Assembly (NCBI GenBank): GCA_963743915.1
Contig: CAVURN010000002.1
Coordinates: forward strand, 576,001 to 640,000
DNA length: 64,000 nt
Direction of reading: 5' to 3'
DNA from: an uncultured Actinomycetota bacterium
GTDB lineage: Bacteria; Actinomycetota; Actinomycetes; JAHEKZ01
Made by a program: the position numbers and the translations under genes. Below, piece by piece: positions 1-10,527 of this stretch. The notes under the pieces are model-generated. The model was not told the origin of the DNA, made no database searches, and worked only from the letters and a program-made list of their open reading frames with translations. The first letter of the stretch is position 1, and each line of letters opens with the position of its first letter.

Positions 1-105
1 GGCCCGGTGCTCGGTGTGGCTCAACGCCTCGTTCTCGCTGCGCAACCGGTCGATCTCCGCCTTCGCCTGCGCCAGCTCGCGCTCGAGCTCGTTCTCGTTC
101 GCCAT
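1..105 (-). CDS. Partial hypothetical protein with N-terminal coiled coil, running off the window start
   Basis: Read by hand from ATG at 105: MANENELERELAQAKAEIDRLRSENEALSHTEHRA..., with GC3-rich codons. Confidence 0.6.
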   Translation of the reverse strand, partial: MANENELERELAQAKAEIDRLRSENEALSHTEHRA

Positions 106-194
106 CACGACCCCGTCCTACAGTTCGCCGTCCCGGATGCGGGCGCGATCGGAGTCTTGCACACCCCGCAACGTCCGGACATCACCCGCGAGGG

Positions 195-1061
195 ATGAGT
201 CAACCCGCCGTCGGTAACGTCAAGACGCGCCTCGGCCCCGTCGATGCCTCCCAGGTGAGTCTCGTCGCCGCCCGGTCCCTGAGGGGTGCGCCCCTGGCCA
301 CCCTCATGGCGGTGCTGGTGCTCTCGGCCGGCGCCCTCACGTGGCAACACCTCGATCCTGAGAGCGTGGCCCGCTTCACCGGTCGAGAGCTGCGTCCGAC
401 CGCGACGACGACGAGCGGCGTGAGGCTTGCCGTTCCTTCGCTGTCGGTGGCGCCCGACCCCCACCACCAGTTCGTGGCGACCCAGCCGGGGTCCAGCGAT
501 CCGGTCACCTTCGACCCGTGCCGTCCGATTCACTACGTGGTACGACCGAGTGGCGAGCTCCCCGAGGGCGACGAGCTCATCGCGGACGCCTTCGCCCGGA
601 TCACCGCTGCGTCCGGACTGGTCTTCGTCGACGACGGCGCGACCAACGAGGGCCCCTCTCCGGCCCGACCGAACTTCCAGCCCGACCGGTATGGCGACCG
701 CTGGTCGCCGGTGCTCGTCGCCTGGTCGGACCCGCAGGAGTTCCCACGGCTCTCCGGTGAGGTGATCGGACTGACCTCGAGCCAGCCGGTCCTGGCCGAG
801 GACGGACAGCTGGCCCTGGTGTCCGGCCAGGTGGCGCTCGACGCGGCCCAGCTGGCCGACGTCGTGCGCTTCAACGGTGGCCGGGCGGTCGCGATCGCGA
901 CCATCACGCACGAGCTTGGTCACCTCGTCGGGCTCGCCCATGTCGATGACCCGCGGCAGCTGATGTATCCCCGCGCGCGGGCCCTGGTCAGCACCTTCGG
1001 CAACGGTGACCTGACCGGGTTGGTCGCCCTGGGGAACGGGACGTGTCACGACAAGCTGTGA
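195..1061 (+). CDS. Matrixin/metzincin family zinc metalloprotease, membrane-anchored
   Basis: HELGHLVGLAH zinc motif, Met-turn QLMYP, N-terminal TM helix. Confidence 0.85.
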   Translation: MSQPAVGNVKTRLGPVDASQVSLVAARSLRGAPLATLMAVLVLSAGALTWQHLDPESVARFTGRELRPTATTTSGVRLAVPSLSVAPDPHHQFVATQPGSSDPVTFDPCRPIHYVVRPSGELPEGDELIADAFARITAASGLVFVDDGATNEGPSPARPNFQPDRYGDRWSPVLVAWSDPQEFPRLSGEVIGLTSSQPVLAEDGQLALVSGQVALDAAQLADVVRFNGGRAVAIATITHELGHLVGLAHVDDPRQLMYPRARALVSTFGNGDLTGLVALGNGTCHDKL

Positions 1062-1110
1062 GGGGCACCTCAGCACATCGGTCGAGCTGGAGCGGCGTAG
1101 CCTGAGGACC

Positions 1111-1302
1111 ATGGCAGCGACGCCGAAGTGCATCATCGATCGCGCGCGCCCCTGCGGTGGTTGTGTGGCCGACTCCCCCGCCACCTGCCCATACACCTAC
1201 CTGTTGGCTGACGACGCCGCCTCGCCCTCTGCAGAAGCGGTGTCGCGGGGCAAGGGCACGAGCCCCACGAACTCCTTCGCGAAGGCCTCCACCCCTGCGT
1301 AG
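1111..1302 (+). CDS. Putative small Cys-rich protein
   Basis: C-x7-C-x2-C-x7-CP; TAGCCT hexamer 7 nt before ATG; 3' part overlaps the next gene antisense. Confidence 0.4.
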   Translation: MAATPKCIIDRARPCGGCVADSPATCPYTYLLADDAASPSAEAVSRGKGTSPTNSFAKASTPA

Positions 1303-1781
1303 TCGGTGTAGTCGTGGTCGCGCCGCACGTCGGTGTCGAGCCCGGCCGAGGCGGCGATCTTCTTCAGCATCGTCCGTTTGACGAACCCGTACTGTCGGTA
1401 GAGCAGCGCACCGGCGAAGAGTCCGACCATGTCCGGCTTCCATCCCGTCTCCTCGACGAGGTGGTCAAGGTAGCCGCGCGCCTCGACGTCCCCGTCCGGG
1501 CCGCTCGCCGACGACAGACTCACCTGGAAGAAGGCCGAGGGCAGTCGCCCGAGGTGCTCCGCGTTGCCCCGCACCCACCGGACCAGGCCGGAGTGGTGAC
1601 GTCCGACGTGGATGGACGAGCCGACGATCACTGCGTCGTAGCCGACTGGTGAGGTGGGGGCGTCAGCGACGCGGCACGCCCGCACGACGTGTCCGGCGGC
1701 CTCCATCGGCGCCTTCATCCGATGCACGACCTCGTCGGTGTGGCCCTCGGTGGTTCCGTAGACGATCAGCACAGCTCCCAT
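1197..1781 (-). CDS. Flavodoxin-domain protein, HemG (menaquinone-dependent protoporphyrinogen oxidase)-like
   Basis: IVYGTTEGHT FMN loop, VIVGSSIHVG, FAGALLY..YGF, DYTDY; start set at ATG 1781. Confidence 0.8.
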   Translation of the reverse strand: MGAVLIVYGTTEGHTDEVVHRMKAPMEAAGHVVRACRVADAPTSPVGYDAVIVGSSIHVGRHHSGLVRWVRGNAEHLGRLPSAFFQVSLSSASGPDGDVEARGYLDHLVEETGWKPDMVGLFAGALLYRQYGFVKRTMLKKIAASAGLDTDVRRDHDYTDYAGVEAFAKEFVGLVPLPRDTASAEGEAASSANR

Positions 1782-1849
1782 GCCCACAGGGTGGCCAGGC
1801 CGGGGTCGGCCAGGCAGAGGCCAAGGGCCCCCCTTCCGAGCGAGCTCTC

Positions 1850-1895
1850 TTGACGAATCATCCATCAGCCGCTACTAATATTAGTCATGGCTAAT
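1850..1895 (+). promoter_or_regulatory. ArsR promoter with tandem autoregulatory operator
   Basis: TTGACG at 1850; two adjacent ATYAG-N6-CTAAT dyads (1864-1879, 1880-1895) overlapping the ATG. Confidence 0.55.
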
Positions 1896-2228
1896 TCCAA
1901 TGCCCTGGCGGTCTGCGCCGACCCGACCCGCCAAGCGGTGCTCACCGCGCTGCGGCACGGACCTCGCTCGGTGGGCCAGATCGCCGCGGGGCTGCCCGTC
2001 AGCCAGAGCGCCGTGTCGCAGCACCTGCGCGTCCTGCGCGAGGCCGGGTTGGTGCGGTCTGAGTCAGCCGGCACCCGACGCCTGTACAGCGTGGACCTCG
2101 ACGGTCTGGGCGAGCTCCGCGCCTGGTTCGACCGGTTCTGGGACGACGCCCTCGAGGCGTTCGCCCGCCATGTCGAGCGCACTCATCCCCCGGGACCAGC
2201 GGCGTCCGCCCCGAAGGAGACCCCATGA
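1887..2228 (+). CDS. ArsR/SmtB family transcriptional regulator
   Basis: ADPTR...VSQSAVSQHLRVLREAGLV..G.RRLY winged HTH. Confidence 0.92.
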   Translation: MANSNALAVCADPTRQAVLTALRHGPRSVGQIAAGLPVSQSAVSQHLRVLREAGLVRSESAGTRRLYSVDLDGLGELRAWFDRFWDDALEAFARHVERTHPPGPAASAPKETP

Positions 2229-2671
2229 GAACCACCACTCCCCCCGTGATCCGGACGACGTCGGTGTCGTGCTCCCCCGATGAGGCCTTCGAGATCTTCA
2301 CCCATCAGCTCGGCCAGTGGTGGCCGCTGCCGAGCCACAGCGTCTTCGGTTCCGAGAGCGTGACGGTCGCCATCGTGGAGGGGCAGATCGTCGAACGTGC
2401 CGACGACGGGCGTACCTGTCTCTGGGGCGAGGTCATCACCTGGGACCCGCCCGACTCGCTCTCCTTCACCTGGCACCCAGGGCGACCCGCCGAGGAGCGG
2501 ACCGAGGTGACCGTCACCTTCCGCGCGGAGGCGGGCGCCACGCGCGTCGAGCTGGTGCACCAAGGCTGGGACCTGCTCGGTGCCGACGCAGAGGAGCGCC
2601 GTGCCGGGTACGCCGGCGACGGCGGGTGGACCCAGGTGCTCGCGGCACTGCACCGCCACCGCAGCCATTGA
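2225..2671 (+). CDS. SRPBCC/AHSA1-domain protein
   Basis: WDPP..LSFTW, TEVTVTF..GATRVELVHQGW; ATGA overlap with arsR. Confidence 0.88.
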   Translation: MRTTTPPVIRTTSVSCSPDEAFEIFTHQLGQWWPLPSHSVFGSESVTVAIVEGQIVERADDGRTCLWGEVITWDPPDSLSFTWHPGRPAEERTEVTVTFRAEAGATRVELVHQGWDLLGADAEERRAGYAGDGGWTQVLAALHRHRSH

Positions 2672-2673
2672 GC

Positions 2674-3132
2674 TCAGGCCGGACGCCGGACGAGCACCAC
2701 GTACTCGTCCTCGTCGGCGGTGGAGCGGAAGCGCTCATGCTCGACGAAGTCGAGCGACTGCACCGCGCTCAGGGCGCGCCCGTTGAAGGCGGCCACGGTC
2801 AGCCGGAACGCGGTCGGGGAGAACCGTGACCGGCCGAACTGCAGACCGGCCCCGATCACGCTGCGCCCGAGCCCCTGCCCGGTGAGATCCGGGCGCAGGC
2901 CTCCCCCGGTGTCCAGCGCGTCGGCGGAGTAGTCACCGCCGGGGACCTGGGCGTCCGGCCCGAAGCAGCGGAAGGCGACGAGCTCCTGGCCCTCGACCAC
3001 CGCGTAGTACCCGTTGCCCGGGTCGACCAGAAAGGACACGTCACCGGTTCCGTCGTACCGTCCGTACGGCTCGGGATACCGCCACCGGGCCACCTGTTCG
3101 GCATAGTGGGTGTTCATGGGGATCAGGTGCAC
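2674..3132 (-). CDS. GNAT family N-acetyltransferase
   Basis: C-terminal part of ORF 2674..3987: WRYPEPY, GLRPDLTGQGLG, FN.RA; start GTG 3132 uncertain. Confidence 0.8.
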   Translation of the reverse strand: MHLIPMNTHYAEQVARWRYPEPYGRYDGTGDVSFLVDPGNGYYAVVEGQELVAFRCFGPDAQVPGGDYSADALDTGGGLRPDLTGQGLGRSVIGAGLQFGRSRFSPTAFRLTVAAFNGRALSAVQSLDFVEHERFRSTADEDEYVVLVRRPA

Positions 3133-3165
3133 GCCGTCAGCGTACGAATCCGGCGGAGGGTCGCG

Positions 3166-3990
3166 ATGAGCCCCACGCCTACCTTCACCCAGCCCGGGGT
3201 CAGCTGGTCCGTGCGCGTCCAGGGTGTCCGGACCGGACGCATCCTGCTCGACCACGCTCCGGACGAGGTGCTCCCGACCGCGAGCATCGGCAAGGTCCTC
3301 CTGCTGCTCACCGTCGCCGAGCATCTTGCCGACGGTCGCCTGGCGGCGTCCCAGACGGTGAAACGCTCGGCCGTCGAACCCGTCGCTGACTCCGGCCTGT
3401 GGCAGCACCTCACCGTCGAGGAGCTCCCGGTCGCCGACGTCGCACGTCTGGTCGCCGCGGTCAGCGACAACCTCGCCACCAACGTCCTGATCGACCTGGT
3501 CGGACTCGACAACGTGGCTGAGACGGCCACCGGCCTGGGCCTGACCCACACCGCACTGCTCGACATCGTGCGCGACGACCGCACCTCCCAGCACCCACCC
3601 GCGCTGTCCACCGGCAACGCTGCGGAGGTGGTCCGCCTCTGCCGTGACATCGAGCTGGGGCGCGCGCTGTCCCCCGCTGCGTCGCAGCAGGTGCGTACCT
3701 GGTTGCGCGTCAACACCGACCTGTCGATGACCGCCTCGGCCTTCGGTCTCGACCCTCTGGCGCACGTCGACCCCGAGCGTGCCCTTCAGCTGTGGAACAA
3801 GACGGGAACGAACATCGGCGTCCGCTGCGACGTCGGTGTCCTGAGTGACGCAGGACGAGACGACACCGAGGCCGTGGCCTACGCGGTGCTCGCGCACTGG
3901 CGGCCGGACGAGGAAGCCGACCCGGTCCGGGACGACGTGCTGGCGACGATGCGTGAGGTCGGCGCGCTCGTCCGCGCCGCTCTGCACTGA
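3166..3990 (+). CDS. Serine hydrolase, class A beta-lactamase-like
   Basis: SxxK (ASIGK), SDN and KTG motifs; GGAGGG RBS; no signal peptide. Confidence 0.85.
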   Translation: MSPTPTFTQPGVSWSVRVQGVRTGRILLDHAPDEVLPTASIGKVLLLLTVAEHLADGRLAASQTVKRSAVEPVADSGLWQHLTVEELPVADVARLVAAVSDNLATNVLIDLVGLDNVAETATGLGLTHTALLDIVRDDRTSQHPPALSTGNAAEVVRLCRDIELGRALSPAASQQVRTWLRVNTDLSMTASAFGLDPLAHVDPERALQLWNKTGTNIGVRCDVGVLSDAGRDDTEAVAYAVLAHWRPDEEADPVRDDVLATMREVGALVRAALH

Positions 3991-3996
3991 CCGGTT

Positions 3997-5188
3997 CTAG
4001 GTGCTCGAGCCGACAGCGTCGCGTGCCTCGACGAAGGCCGCCACTGCCCGGTCGACGTCCTCGTCGGTGTGAGCGGCCGACAGCTGCACCCGGATGCGCG
4101 CCTGCCCGTGGGGCACGACCGGGAAGGAGAAGGCCACGGCGTACACCCCTCGTTGCCACAGCTGCTCGGCGACCGCGCTGGCCACCACCGCGTCGCCGAA
4201 CATGACGGGCACGATGGCGTGCTCCCCCGGCAGCAGGGAGAAGCCTGCCTCCTCCATGCCGGTACGGAAGCGTGCAGAGTTGCGGTCGCAGGCGGAGCCG
4301 CAGGTCGTCGGACGACTGCAGCAGGTCGAGGACCGTGAGCGAGGCGCCGACGACGGCCGGGGCGACGGAGTTGGAGAAGAGATAGGGCCGCGCGCGCTGC
4401 TTGAGCACCTCGACGATCTCGCGTCGTGCCGCCACATAGCCGCCGCTGGCCCCGCCCAGGGCCTTTCCGAGAGTCCCGGTGACGATGTCGACCCGGTCGC
4501 CCACCCCGAACTTCGCGGGAGTGCCTCTGCCGCCGTCGCCGACGAAGCCGACCGCGTGCGAGTCGTCGACCATCACGAGGGCGTCGTACCGGTCGGCCAG
4601 GGCGCAGATCTCATCAAGTGGTGCGTAGTAGCCGTCCATCGAGAAGACGCCGTCGGTGACGATCAAGCGGTAGCGCGCGTCGGACGCCTCCTCCAACCGG
4701 CTCTCCAGCTCGGCCAGGTCACGGTTCGCGTAGCGGAGACGCCGCGCCTTGCAGAGCCGGATCCCGTCGATGATGCTCGCGTGGTTCAGCGCGTCGGAGA
4801 TGACGGCGTCGCGGTCGTCGAGCAGGGCTTCGAACACCCCCCCGTTCGCGTCGAAGCACGACGGAAACAGGATGGCGTCCTCCTGACCGAGCCACGACGC
4901 CAGACGGGTCTCGAGCTCGCGGTGGATGTCCTGCGTGCCGCAGATGAAGCGCACCGAAGCCATGCCGAACCCGCGCTCCTGCAGCGTGCGGGCGGCGGCC
5001 TCGAGCAGACGGGGGTCGTCAGCCAGGCCGAGGTAGTTGTTGGCGCACAGGTTGAGGATCTCGCGCCCCTCGACGTCGCGGACGTGCGTGCCCTGGGGGC
5101 TGGCCAGGATGCGTTCGGGTTTGTAGACGCCCGTCTCGCGCATCTCGGTGACGCGTCCTTGCAGCTCTTCTCTCAGCGCGTCCAGCAC
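3997..5188 (-). CDS. kbl: Glycine C-acetyltransferase (2-amino-3-ketobutyrate CoA ligase), apparent frameshift near 4287
   Basis: [34 protein letters not shown]; C-terminus ([16 protein letters not shown]) is in another frame. Confidence 0.92.
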
Positions 5189-5189
5189 G

Positions 5190-6224
5190 TCAGACCTCCG
5201 ACCAGTCGAGCAGAACCTTGCCACACTGGCCGCTGGCTGCCGTGTCGAACGCCTCTTCGAACTGGTCGTACCGGAAGCGGTGCGTGATGACCGGCGAGAT
5301 GTCCAGCCCGGCCGCGACCAGGACGGACATCGCGTACCACGTCTCGAACATCTCCCGGCCGTAGATGCCCTTGATGGTGAGCATCGAGGTGATGGTCTTC
5401 ACCCAGTCGAAGGGCGCCTCGTCGCTGCTGGGGAGCCCCAGGAGTGCGATCCGCCCACCGTTGGCCATGGTGTCGAGCATGCTCGACAGGGCGGCCGGGG
5501 CCCCGGACATCTCCAGGCCCACGTCCCACCCTTCCTTCATGTCGAGCTCCCGCATGACGTCGCGCAGATCCTGGCGGGTGGGGTCGACCGCCAGGGTGAC
5601 GCCGGTGCTGCGGGCCAGGTCGAGCCGATACTCGCTGATGTCGGTCACGACCACGTGGCGCGCACCGGCATGTCGGGCCACAGCCGCCGCCATGATGCCG
5701 ATCGGTCCGGCACCCGTCACGAGCACGTCCTCACCGAGCACGGGGAAGGCGAGTGCCGAGTGCACCGCATTGCCGAAGGGGTCGAAGATCGCGGCGATCT
5801 CGATGTCGAGCGCCACCGGGTGGCGCCACACGTTTCCTGCCGGCACGGAGATGTACTCGGCGAAGCCACCGTCCCGGTGGACGCCCACCCCCTTGGTGTT
5901 CGGGCACAGCTGACGCCGTCCGGCGCGGCAGTTGCGACAGCGACCGCACACGATGTGTCCCTCGACGCTGACAAGATCGCCCTCGCGCACGGTGTCGACG
6001 CCGGGACCCACCGCGGCGACGTGTCCGGCGATCTCGTGCCCCAGCACCACGGGAGGCGAGACCATGCCCTGGACCGAGGGGTCCCACGACCGGATGTGCA
6101 GGTCGGTGCCGCAGATCCCCGTGCGCGCGACCTTGATGATGACCTGACCGCTCTCCAGGACCGGCTCCGGCACGTCGGCCAGCTCGAGTCCCGGCCCCGT
6201 GGTGCGCTTGAGCAACGCCTTCAT
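5190..6224 (-). CDS. tdh: L-threonine 3-dehydrogenase
   Basis: [36 protein letters not shown]; adjacent to kbl. Confidence 0.95.
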   Translation of the reverse strand: MKALLKRTTGPGLELADVPEPVLESGQVIIKVARTGICGTDLHIRSWDPSVQGMVSPPVVLGHEIAGHVAAVGPGVDTVREGDLVSVEGHIVCGRCRNCRAGRRQLCPNTKGVGVHRDGGFAEYISVPAGNVWRHPVALDIEIAAIFDPFGNAVHSALAFPVLGEDVLVTGAGPIGIMAAAVARHAGARHVVVTDISEYRLDLARSTGVTLAVDPTRQDLRDVMRELDMKEGWDVGLEMSGAPAALSSMLDTMANGGRIALLGLPSSDEAPFDWVKTITSMLTIKGIYGREMFETWYAMSVLVAAGLDISPVITHRFRYDQFEEAFDTAASGQCGKVLLDWSEV

Positions 6225-6234
6225 GAGTCCTCCG

Positions 6235-7500
6235 TCATGCCCCCGCCGACCCGAACGCGGCGCGAACGGCAGAGCGTACCTGCCGGTGAGGCCAGGTCCA
6301 GGCCCCGATCACCGCGATCGTCAAGCCGACTGCACCGGCCAGCACGACGGCGGCCGCGGGGCTCGACCGGTCTGCGACGGCGGCCAGACCGATGAGCCCG
6401 GTGATGGCCATCGCGTTGAACCCCGCTCCTGCCACGCCGAACACCCGACCCCGTCGGTTCTCCGGTGTCAGCTGCATCGACAGAGCCATGAGGGTGACGA
6501 CGTAACCCTGGCCCAGACCGTTCATCACCCACAGCACGAAGGTCACCGCCACTGGCGGTTCCATCGCTGTCGCGAGCAAGGGCAGCATCGACGCGATCGC
6601 GAGCGGGAAGACCAGCTGCACCTGACGCTGCATGGGCAGGCGCGCCACCAGCAGCGCTCCGATCGCGGCGCCCGCGGGCGTCGCGGCCAGCAGCGCCGTT
6701 GCCGCCCATGGCGGTGCCCCGGCATCTGCCGCATAGGGCAGGGCCACGGCGTCGGTGGCCACGAGGATGGCGGCGGTGGCCCACAGCAGGAGCACCACGG
6801 CGCGGATCGATCCGGTCTTGACGATCGTGCGCAGGCCCGACTTCGCGTCGTGCAGGATGCGGCGTGCGCTCGTGCCGGCGGCCGCGGCGGCGGGACGCGG
6901 CACCACGAACGCGAGGACCACCAGCGCCGAGATGAGGAAGGTCAGGGCGTTGAAGAGGAGCGCCCAGGTCGCCGTGGTCACCCCGAGGGCAAGACCGGCG
7001 AGCAGGAAGCCGAGCACCTGCACCACCTGCTCGAAGGTGGTGCCGAGACCCACCACGGCCTGGTACTCCTGAGGGGACCGTGCCGCCTCCGGAAGCAGCG
7101 AGGACCGCGCCGACAGGGCCGGCGCGCTGAAAGTCTCCGCAACGAGCAGCACGATCACGGCCAGGACGTTGGCGTCGCGGGCCACGCACACCGCGAGCAG
7201 CGCCACGAGCAAAGCTCGCGCCACGTCGCTGTAGAGCATCACCGACCGCCGCGGGAACCGGTCGGCCAGCGAACCAAGGAAGGCGAACCCGAAGGTGCTC
7301 GGGACGTAGGACACGGCGAGGACGAGTGCAGTCAGCACCGCGTTGCCGTCGGTTCGCTCCAGCACGTACAGGGCGAGCACCACGCGGGCGAGCTGGTCGC
7401 CGACACCGGAGAGCAGGCGGGCCGCGAGCAGTGCCACGAGCTCGCTGTTGCCGAGGACTGCGCGGTACTGCGCGGCGCCACCGGCCGGCTGGTCACTCAC
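6235..7500 (-). CDS. MFS transporter
   Basis: About 12 TM segments, [10 protein letters not shown] motif A; GTGA overlap with glnE stop. Confidence 0.88.
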   Translation of the reverse strand: MSDQPAGGAAQYRAVLGNSELVALLAARLLSGVGDQLARVVLALYVLERTDGNAVLTALVLAVSYVPSTFGFAFLGSLADRFPRRSVMLYSDVARALLVALLAVCVARDANVLAVIVLLVAETFSAPALSARSSLLPEAARSPQEYQAVVGLGTTFEQVVQVLGFLLAGLALGVTTATWALLFNALTFLISALVVLAFVVPRPAAAAAGTSARRILHDAKSGLRTIVKTGSIRAVVLLLWATAAILVATDAVALPYAADAGAPPWAATALLAATPAGAAIGALLVARLPMQRQVQLVFPLAIASMLPLLATAMEPPVAVTFVLWVMNGLGQGYVVTLMALSMQLTPENRRGRVFGVAGAGFNAMAITGLIGLAAVADRSSPAAAVVLAGAVGLTIAVIGAWTWPHRQVRSAVRAAFGSAGA

Positions 7501-10475
7501 GCGTAGAACACCCTCTCGACGACTGCCCGGGCCCGACGCGTCGCGCGCCGGTAGTCCTCGACGAGGTCGCCGGACCGTCCCGGTGGGTACCCCATGACAC
7601 CGGCGACGAGGGCGAGATCCGCGGTGTCCCGCGGCACGCTGTCCCCCGGTCGACCCTTGGCCACCATGATGGCGTCGCGGATGCGCGTGGCCATCAGCCA
7701 CGCCGCACGCATGACATCGGCGTCATCGTGCTCGAGCACGCCTGCGTCCACCGCTGCCTTCATCGCCGTCAGGGTCCCAGTGGTCCGGAGTGCCGGGATG
7801 CTGCTGGCGTGCTGCATCTGGAGCAGCTGGACGGCCCACTCCACGTCAGCGAGACCGCCAGGACCCAGCTTGGTGTGCATCGCCGGGTCAGCCCCACGGG
7901 GCAGCCGCTCGGACTCGACGCGCGCCTTGATCCGACGGATCTCGGTGACGTCCCCGGGTGAGAGTCCCCCGTCCGGCCAACGGAGGCGATCGATCAGCTC
8001 GGTGAACTCGACACCGAGCTCGGCGTCCCCGGCCATGGGGAGCGCGCGCAGCAGAGCCTGGCTCTCCCACGTCAGTGACCAGCGCTCGTAGTACGCACGG
8101 TAGGAGGCCAGGCTTCGGACGAGCGCTCCGCTGCGTCCTTCCGGCCTCAGGTCCGCGTCGAGGACCATCGGGGGGTCGGGGGCGGGAAGGGTCAGCAGCC
8201 GCCGCAGCTCGGTGGCGACCGTCAGCGCGTAGGCCGTCGCGTCGTGCTCGTCCGCACCGGGGACCGGGTCGAAGACGAACAGGACGTCGAGGTCGCTGGC
8301 CAGGCTCAGCTCGCGACCACCGAACCGTCCCATCCCGATCACCGCGAAGCGTGCAGGGGCTTGTCGGGTCTGGCCGGCCAGCACGACGTCGAGGACGGTG
8401 CGCAGCGCGGCCTGCGCCACATCGGTCAGGGCCGGGCCCGAGTGATCCGGCCCGACCTGGTCGAGGACCTCGGCAGCGGCGAGCCGGAACAGCTCACGAC
8501 GGCGGATGGCCCGCACCGCCTCGGCGGCCGGCTCCGCGGACTCGGCGCGACCTGCGGTGGCTGCCATCTCGCCCTGCAGCTCCTCGAGGGAGCGCGGACG
8601 CAGGGCGTCGTCGGCGGCCAGCAGGTTGACCGCGTCCGGGGCCCGCAGAAGCAGGTCGGTGGCGAACCGGCTGCTCGCCAGGACCAGCGCCAGCCGTTCC
8701 GCGGTCGCCCCGGCGTCACGCAGCAGGGCCAGGTACCAGTGCGTGCTGCCCAGGGCCTCACTGACCCGGCGGAACGCGAGCAGCCCGGCGTCCGGATCCG
8801 GCGCATCGGCGAACCAGCCGAGCATGACCGGCAGGAGGGTGCGCTGGATGCTCGCGCGTCGGCTCACGCCGGAGGTGAGTGCCTCGAGGTGCCGCAGAGC
8901 CCCGGCGGGGTCCGCGTAGCCAAGGGCCTCCATCCGGGCCTTCGCAGCGTCCGGTGTGAGCCGCGACTCCCCCGCGTCGAGTCGCGCCACGGCAGCCAGC
9001 AGGGGTCGGTAGAACAGCTTCTCGTGGAGGCGTCGTACCTCGCGCGCGTGCCGTCGCCACTGCGACATCAGCTCGTCGACGGGATCCCGCGTGTAGCCGA
9101 GCGAGCGACCGAGCACACGCAGCGCGGCCGGGTCGCTGGGCATCAGATGGGTGCGCCGCAGTCGGCGCAGCTGCAGGCGGTGCTCGAGCACCCGCAGGTA
9201 ACGGTAGGCCTCACTCATGGACGCCGCATCGTCACGGCCCACGTACCCGCCGGCCGCGAGATCGGCGAGCGCCGTCAGTGTGTTTCCGCTGCGCACCGAC
9301 TCATCGGTGCGACCGTGCACGAGCTGGAGCAGCTGCACCGCGAACTCGATGTCGCGCAGTCCCCCAGGTCCGAGCTTGAGCTGTCGGTCTGCCTCCGCCT
9401 GCGGGACGTGCGCCTCGACGCGACGGCGCATCTGCTGCACGTCACCGACGAAGCCCTCCCGCCCGGCCGCTTGCCACACCAACGGGGAAATCGCGTCGAC
9501 GTACGCCGCCCCCAACGCCTCGTCCCCGGCCACCGGCCGAGCCTTGAGCAGGGCCTGGAACTCCCACGTCTTCGCCCACCGCTGGTAGTACGCGAGGTGG
9601 CTGGCGAGGGTGCGGGTGAGGGCCCCTGCCCGACCCTCGGGGCGCAATCCGGCATCCACCTCCCAGAGTGAGCCTTCCGCGGTGACGGTAGAGCACGCCC
9701 GGGTGAGGGATCCCGCCAGCCGGTCCCCGATCCGGGTGGCGGTCACCTCGTCGACCCCGACGTCGGGCTCGACGACGAAGATGACATCCACGTCGCTGAC
9801 GTAGTTCAGCTCACGCCCGCCGCACTTGCCCATGCCGATGACCGAAATGCGGACACCGTCGGCCTCGTCGCCCACCTCCGCCCGGGCGATGGCCAGAGCC
9901 GCCTCCAGCGCGGCAGCCGCCAGGTCAGCGAGCTCCGCGGCGACATCGGAGACGTCGGGACCCGAGCCGAGGTCGCGCGCGGCCACCTGCAGCAGACGGC
10001 GTCGATAGGCGAGGCGAAGCGCATCCATCGCCCGTGCCCCGTCGAGGCCACTGCGCGGCCGCGGCTGGTCCGGGTCGGCCTGCACGGCGATGAGCAGCTC
10101 GCTACGGAGTGCAGCGGCGGTCGGCCGGGACAGCTCCAGGCCGGGTTGGAGGACGAGCTGGGCATCCTGCGGATGACGCGTCAGGTGGTCGGTCAGCGCA
10201 CTGCTGACCCCGAGGACCGCCAGCAGCCGAGTCCCGGCATCGCCACTGACCGCAGAGAGCAGGGCCGTCGGATCGCTCGATGCCTCGAGCACGCGCGCAA
10301 GACCGGTCAACGCCGCGTCGGGGTCTGCGGTCGCACCGAGCGAGGACACCAACGCGTCGGGGAGCGGCTCTCCGCGTTCGGAGAGCCGGGTCAGGGTCCT
10401 CAGGGCCGCGTCCGCGTCGACGAACCCCCACCGGGACAGCCGCCCGGGGGTCGTCACGACACGTCCACCCGCCAC
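7497..10475 (-). CDS. glnE: Glutamine synthetase adenylyltransferase/deadenylase
   Basis: Two NT domains (GMGKCGGRELNYVSDVD; GMGRFGGRELSLASDLD), LRPEGR, KLGPGGL.D.E. Confidence 0.96.
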   Translation of the reverse strand: MAGGRVVTTPGRLSRWGFVDADAALRTLTRLSERGEPLPDALVSSLGATADPDAALTGLARVLEASSDPTALLSAVSGDAGTRLLAVLGVSSALTDHLTRHPQDAQLVLQPGLELSRPTAAALRSELLIAVQADPDQPRPRSGLDGARAMDALRLAYRRRLLQVAARDLGSGPDVSDVAAELADLAAAALEAALAIARAEVGDEADGVRISVIGMGKCGGRELNYVSDVDVIFVVEPDVGVDEVTATRIGDRLAGSLTRACSTVTAEGSLWEVDAGLRPEGRAGALTRTLASHLAYYQRWAKTWEFQALLKARPVAGDEALGAAYVDAISPLVWQAAGREGFVGDVQQMRRRVEAHVPQAEADRQLKLGPGGLRDIEFAVQLLQLVHGRTDESVRSGNTLTALADLAAGGYVGRDDAASMSEAYRYLRVLEHRLQLRRLRRTHLMPSDPAALRVLGRSLGYTRDPVDELMSQWRRHAREVRRLHEKLFYRPLLAAVARLDAGESRLTPDAAKARMEALGYADPAGALRHLEALTSGVSRRASIQRTLLPVMLGWFADAPDPDAGLLAFRRVSEALGSTHWYLALLRDAGATAERLALVLASSRFATDLLLRAPDAVNLLAADDALRPRSLEELQGEMAATAGRAESAEPAAEAVRAIRRRELFRLAAAEVLDQVGPDHSGPALTDVAQAALRTVLDVVLAGQTRQAPARFAVIGMGRFGGRELSLASDLDVLFVFDPVPGADEHDATAYALTVATELRRLLTLPAPDPPMVLDADLRPEGRSGALVRSLASYRAYYERWSLTWESQALLRALPMAGDAELGVEFTELIDRLRWPDGGLSPGDVTEIRRIKARVESERLPRGADPAMHTKLGPGGLADVEWAVQLLQMQHASSIPALRTTGTLTAMKAAVDAGVLEHDDADVMRAAWLMATRIRDAIMVAKGRPGDSVPRDTADLALVAGVMGYPPGRSGDLVEDYRRATRRARAVVERVFYA

Positions 10476-10527
10476 GCGCCCACCGTAGCGACGCCGGAGC
10501 AGCGTCCCGGCGTCGAAACGCGCCGAC

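Noticed and set aside
3166-3990. Antibiotic-resistance beta-lactamase
   Set aside because: SxxK, SDN and KTG are present, but there is no signal peptide or clear omega-loop Glu; better called a cytoplasmic serine hydrolase.
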